Under the pieces are notes generated by a model, which was not told the origin of the DNA, did not search any database, and worked only from the letters and a program-made list of their open reading frames with translations. Position numbers and translations under genes: made by a program. From NCBI RefSeq assembly GCF_009914755.1, contig NC_060930.1: 64,000 nucleotides of DNA; one strand, written 5' to 3'. The DNA is from the human T2T-CHM13v2.0 reference genome, Homo sapiens. Of the stretch, positions 54,879 to 64,000 are shown piece after piece (the first letter of the stretch is position 1; the number at the start of each line of letters is the position of its first letter).

Positions 54879-55784
54879 TGGAAAACCAACTTTTCATTTG
54901 GTTGATTCTTAGTATTTTTTTTTTGTCTCTATTTCATTTAGTTCTGCTGTGATCTTTATTATATTTTTCACTTTAGTAATTTTGAGTGTGGTTTATTCTT
55001 GCTTTTCTAGTTTTTTTGAGGTACATTCTTAGATTGTTTATTTGAAATCTTTCTACTTTTTTGATGTAGGTGTTTATTGCTATAAACTTTCCTGTTAGCT
55101 TTGTTGTATCCCACAGGTTTGGATATGTTTAATTTCATTTTTAATTATTTCAATAAATTTTTAAATTTTCCTCTTAATTTTTTTGCATAGACCCAATGAT
55201 CATTCAGAAGCATGTTGTTTAATTTCCATGTATTTATATAATTTCCAAAGTTCCTCTTGGTATTGACTCCTAGTTTTATTCCAATGTGGTCTGAGAAGAT
55301 ACTTGACATGATTTCAGTCTTCTAAAATTTATTGAGACTTATTCTGTGGTCTAAAAAATATCCTGGAGAATATTCCATGCACTAATGAGAAGAATGTGTA
55401 TTCTGCAGATATTGGCTAAAAATGTCTGTTAAGTCCATCGGTCTAAAGTCCAGCTTAAATCCAGTGTTTCTTTGTTGATTTTTTTTATGTAGATGATTTT
55501 TTAAATGCTGAGTTGAGGGTGTTGAAATTGCCCACTGTTATTATATTGGGGTCTGTCTCTCTCTTTAGATCTAGTAATTTTGCTTTATACATCTAGGTGC
55601 TCCAGTGTTAGGTGCATACATACGTAGAATTATTATTGCATCCTCTTGCTGAATTGATCACTTTAACACTATGTAATGATTTTCTTTGTCTCTTAAAACT
55701 CTTTTTGACTTAAGGTCTGTTGTATCTGATATACATATAACTACTTCTGCTCACTTTTGGTTTCTGTTTGCATGGAAAATCTTT

Positions 55785-56101
55785 GTCTTTTCTTTTTGTC
55801 TTTCTCTTCTTTTTTTGAGTTGGGGGTCTCCCTTTGTCATCCAGGCTGGAGGCAGAGGCAAGATTATGGCTCAGTGCTTCCTACACCTCCTAGGGCTCAG
55901 GTGATCTTCCCACCTCAGCCTCCTGAGTAGCTGAGACTACAGGAGCATGCCAACACACCCAATTAATTTTTGTATTTTTTTGTAGAGATGGGGTTTCACC
56001 ATGTTGCCCAGGCTGGTCTTGAACTTCTGGGTTAAAGCAATCAGGCCTCCTAAGCCTCTCAAAGTGCTAGGATTACAGGCATGAGACACCATGCCTGGCT
56101 G
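55785..56101 (-). mobile_element. Alu (AluJ)
   Basis: Diverged dimer with J diagnostics (gggctcaggtgatcttcccacctcagcc, ttgcccaggctggtcttgaac). Confidence 0.9.
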
Positions 56102-57807
56102 GGGAATATCTTTTTTTTTATCCCTTTACTTTCAGTCAATATGTCTTTTTACAGGTAAAGTGTTTTTTTTTTTTTTTTTTTTTGTAGACAGCCTGTAATT
56201 GATTATGTTTTGTTAATTAATTGAGCCAGTCTCTGTCTTTTCAGTGGATAATATATCTGTTTACATTAAAATTATTGGTATGTGAGGTTTCCTTTCTATC
56301 ATACTGTTAGTTTTATGGTTATTTTGTATATTCCTTAATCCTTTCTTTTCCTTTTCTTTTCTTACTGTTTGTTCTTATGGTTTGGTAGTTTTCTATAGAG
56401 GTACCATTTGAGTCTTTTTTCTTCCTTATTTCTATGTTTGCTTTACCAGTGAATTTTATACATTTTTTGTTTTCATGATAGTAACTGTGATTCTTTCACT
56501 TTCAATTTTAGGGCTTCCTAGAGCATTTCTTGTAGGACCAGTAAAGTGGTGATGAATTTCCTTGGTATTTGCTTATCTATAAAAGACTTTATTTCTTCCT
56601 TCATTTGTGAAGGATAATTTCACTGAATAAAATATCCTTGGGTGTCAATTTTTTAAAGAAAAATTTTCTAATGATCTGTGTAAAGCACAATGGTGTACAT
56701 TAGAAATTATTGACATCTCCTTGGTCAATGTAGTTTAATTACAAATGGAATGAAGACTCATTGGAAATTTTTGCAGTGATTATTTTTACTTAAGGGCAAA
56801 GTTGAACTATTAGTAAAACTCCCCCACTTCCCTGCCATAGCTCCCATCCTGAAGTCTATAATTCTATTTTAAAAAGTAATGTCTTGTGTGGCTATGTCTA
56901 ATTGTAACCTTGTCAGAAAGAGTAGCTCTTTCTTAAGTATCCTGCCACAAAGTACCTTAATCTGCTTACCTTTGCTGGATCTAGCCTTGAAATTTTTTAA
57001 AACAAAGACCTATGTTAGACTAGCAAATGAAGTCTGAGTATGGAAGAGAAGAGGTGGTGAAGTGAACTTCAAAGCATGAAAAGAAGATGAAGAAAGAAGA
57101 CAAAATGCAGAAGAATGAAAGAGAATGAATAAGTATTTCTTCTTTCTAAATAAATAATTAAAATAGTGTATCTGCATACAGATGCTTTTTAAATATAAAT
57201 ATTTTAGCTTTCAAAAACTGTTAGGTCTATTTGTTCTTAAGGTCAAAGTGACTCAGTTAGGTTCAAGTCCAGAATACATTTGTATGCAATAGGCTAGTAA
57301 CTAATTTCTTCAAAGTTTTACAACTTTGCATATTCTCTTCCTAAATATGTCTTTTTTATTAGGAATGTTTATACAAAAGTGGTCAGTATTATACAATTTG
57401 TGACTAACAGTACTTACATATACCTCCTGAACCCATGTTACCAGACAGAAGTTACGCTTGTGATATAAACTTTGTCAATGTTATTTCACCTGATTAGACT
57501 TTAATTTCTCAAAGTTCTACATATCTCCTAAGTTAACAGGATGTTTCTCCTTTTGTGAATAGCCATCTCTTGCTGAATATTATCACTTACCTGTAAATAG
57601 AATTCTTCACATGTGGTATAAATTACTCTCTATATTTAGAAATATTCTTACAGTTGAAATGCTTATTCTCTATGTCTGTACAATCTTTTCTCATTTTCTC
57701 ATCATTTATTTAAAAGTGCATAATTTTTATTTTCGGCATAGTCATGTGTCTCTTTTTATTTGCATTTTTAAGCCTCTCATTTCTCTTTCACTTTATTGGA
57801 AAAGACA

Positions 57808-58215
57808 ATGTATTGGGATAATTTATGCTGAAGTAACAAAAAATGCCAAAATCTCAATAGCTTAACACACCCAAAGTTTACTTAGGTGCTCCTGTTACAT
57901 GTCCACTGTGGGTCACTTGTGGAGGTTGGGTGTCTGTTCCACAAAGCCACTCCTCACTATCCTATGCTGGCTCCATTTCGATGTGTTGCTTCATAGTTTT
58001 TCAGCTCCTGGGGCAATGGGGGCAGGAGTTAAGCACTTGAAATCAAATGCTTCCTCTGCAAATGATGTGTATTATTTTCCCTTACATTTTTTTTGGGGGG
58101 GTGCGAAATCAAGGCCCATCACCACCGTTACCTTCAAAGAGATAGAGAAGCACAATTTTTGTATACTTAGAAGTAGAGAACAGGCTATTAGTAAGCATTG
58201 GTAATAATCTACTAT
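57808..58215 (-). mobile_element. MLT1J/K-like MaLR LTR
   Basis: tgtattgggataatttatgctgaagtaacaaa..aaatctcaatagcttaacaca..aaagttta. Confidence 0.55.
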
Positions 58216-58236
58216 ACGATAATTTTTACTGTTCTT

Positions 58237-58615
58237 TTTTTTATTATACTTTAAATTTTAGGGTACATTTGCACAAAGTGCAGGTTAGTTACATATGTAT
58301 ACATGTGCCATGTTGGTGTGCTGCACCCATTAACTCGTCATTTAACATTAGGTATATCTCCTAATGCTATCCCTCCCCACTCCCCTCACCCCACAACAGG
58401 CCCCGGTGTGTGATGTTCTCCTTCCTGTGTCCATGTGTTCTCATTGTTCAATTCCCACCTATGAGTGAGAACATGCGGTGTTTGGTTTTTTTGTCCTTCC
58501 GATAGTTTGCTGAGAATGATGGCTTCCAGCTTCATCCATGTCCCTGCAAAGGACATGAACTCATCATTTTTTATGGCTGCATAGTATTCCATGGGGTATA
58601 TGTGCCACATTTTCT
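58237..58615 (-). mobile_element. L1PA5/6-like short 3' fragment
   Basis: 3'UTR plus ORF2 end ([25 protein letters not shown]). 17-bp TSD TAATTTTTACTGTTCTT at 58220-36 and 58616-32. Confidence 0.94.
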
Positions 58616-58871
58616 TAATTTTTACTGTTCTTAAACCTCCTCAAATCTAAGCACAAGCACATAACACATGCCTTAGCAGATTACTATAATATGCAAGGTT
58701 ATGGTTAAGGCTAAAATGACTACATTTGTCAAATGTTGATGGTGGGCAGAGTTGATAAACTTTGCTCCAGATGTAGACTTTTTGTATGTCTGTGAGGGTA
58801 CTTTAGTTGAAAGTAACACAAGACTGGAATGGATCCTTTGCACTGAACCTCGTAATTTCCCGTGGTATGGG

Positions 58872-59699
58872 CTTCCTTCTTGAGACGATTGCCACTTGCC
58901 CACTTGTTAAGTTTTGACAACTTGGGTGACAATCTTCAGCAAGTTCAAGGTTTTGACTTGTGTAAAGAGAGTATCTGAATTCTTGGGGAAAGTGTGTAAG
59001 GCCATAACTAATGTCCAAATATAAATACTTCTTAAGTAAACAGATTTAGAAGCAGTTTTCAGAGACCTTGAAGGTTCTGTAAACACTCTTTTTACCTACC
59101 CCTGAATACTGGCTTGAAAGATTTTTTTCAGATTTCTCAATTCATAGTTCACACAGAAGAAGCTGCTAACAACTGAGCAGCTTGTGGGCTTGAGTTCTCA
59201 GTTCATACTTGGGAACTATGAAGAAAACTCTTTGAGATGCTTCTTGTGTGCTAACAACTATGAACTGAGACCTACTCTATAAAGGTAATAGGGAGGCAAT
59301 GAAAAGGATGTTACTGATTTTATTAAAATAATAATTCTTTTTAAAAGGTATTAGCTCAGTGACATAAAGTTAAATTCCTGGCCTTAGCTTCCATACAGCA
59401 AGTTCAGAAATGGCTCATTAACTTTTGCTAGTTAAAAAGAAAACAATCTTTCAAGCCAGTGTTCAGGGGTAGGTAAAATGAATATTTATAGAACCTTCGA
59501 AGTCTCTGAAAACTTCCTCTAGACCTGTTTACTTTAGAAGTACTACTTACATTTGGACATTAGTTATGACACTACACACTTTCCCCAAGAATTCAGACAT
59601 TCTCTTTACACTAAAGTCAAAACCTCAAACTTGCTAAAGATTTGTCTCTCAAGTTGTTAAAACCTAACAAGTAGGGAAGTGACAGTCCTCAGAAAGAAG
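58872..59699. repeat. Long imperfect inverted repeat (arms 58872-59129 and 59439-59699, ~310-bp spacer), not recognised as a transposon
   Basis: Manual alignment gives ~84% arm identity, including perfect blocks tctgaattcttggggaaagtgtgta (25 bp), cataactaatgtccaaat (18 bp) and ttttacctacccctgaa (17 bp). Confidence 0.93.
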
Positions 59700-60329
59700 T
59701 TCCTCAGTTTTATTTCTCAGAGATGTGAATATTGGTTATACAGTCCTTAAATAACCACTGCAATGACCTAATTATTATCAACCTCTTCTCGTTTATTCCT
59801 CCCTCCCCCCTCCTTTCCTTTTTTCTTCCATTGTTCCCTCACATTTTCTCTCTTGTGTTCATTCTCTCACATGCCTTCTCTCTCTCTTTTTCTCTCAGGC
59901 TATAGTTTTCTCTCTTTCTTTCTCTTTTCTTTCATTCTTTGAATTAACAAGAAGTAAATAGTTCTTTCTGAAATGCTTTGCTTAGCACCACAGCACTAAT
60001 TATTTAACTAATGTTCTCTTGGAGAATAACTTAAACATGACACACATAAATGGAAGCTACTCAGACTAATTGTTCCTTCTTTAATTAAATGATTAAGTAT
60101 GATTTGTAATTTGAAAAATATTAAAAGTTAAGCAATAATTAATTAAAAGTTTGTTTTACTTTCTCTTAGTTTTCTATTTCTTAGGAAGGAAATAGGATAT
60201 AATTTTGTACTGCTGCATAAATCCTGGCAGAAGCGAGACTTGCTATGGGCAATTACCTAGGGTAATCAAATGGAGCCTTGTAAACTCCTCTCACCAGTTT
60301 CCCTATATGATTGCTGACTTAGGGAGCCC

Positions 60330-60350
60330 TATGACATGACATGACATGAC
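60330..60350. repeat. (ATGAC)4 pentanucleotide repeat
   Basis: atgacatgacatgacatgac. Confidence 0.85.
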
Positions 60351-60499
60351 TGTTCTCTCAGCTTTGTCTTCCTGCCTTCCAAATCTTTATGTTTTTCAAT
60401 GACAGATCTCATTGAAAATTAACTACAAAATTTACTAAAATAAACTTTTTTTTCTGAAGTGACAGGAATAATTTCTGTTCACTGACAAGAAATAAATGT

Positions 60500-60638
60500 G
60501 TTTTTTTGTTTTTGTTTCTTTTTTTTTTTTTTTAGACGGAATCTCTCTTTGTCACTCAGGCTGGAGTGCAGTGGGGTGATCTCAGCTTGCTGCAAGCTCT
60601 GCCGCCTGGGTTCAAGAGATTCTCCTGCTTCAGCCTCC
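60500..60638 (-). mobile_element. 5'-truncated Alu (right arm)
   Basis: Poly-T then agacggaatctc..ggctggagtgcagtgg..tcagcctcc. Confidence 0.88.
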
Positions 60639-60646
60639 ATACATGC

Positions 60647-64000
<3,354 letters not shown>

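Overview
AT-rich, repeat-dense human genomic DNA; an almost pristine AluYb8 indicates a human source. It is intergenic or deep-intronic, and I can support no intact protein-coding gene. Nearly all ORF-track entries are L1, Alu or LTR fragments or chance ORFs. Recognisable content: a full-length processed FAM136A pseudogene with a 14-bp TSD (5146-6929); 12 Alus (11 on the minus strand); many L1s of different ages, two with 5' inversions (twin priming); solo LTRs (MER11, MER4-type, THE1, several MLT1, LTR33, MamGyp-like); MIR/L2 relics; and microsatellites. The main unexplained structures are inverted repeats. (i) An ~830-bp fold-back at 58872-59699 has ~255-bp arms of ~84% identity that match no repeat I recognise, around a self-structured spacer; its mismatches are skewed towards G.U pairs on the minus strand, and minus-strand splice signals lie nearby. 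(ii) A 30/32-bp inverted match links 32125 and 35418. (iii) A locally generated ~150-bp inverted duplication sits inside an old L1 (23374-23990). There is also a ~470-bp UTR-like insert without a poly(A) tail inside an MLT1 LTR. Repeat subfamily names are from recalled consensus motifs and need RepeatMasker/Dfam confirmation.
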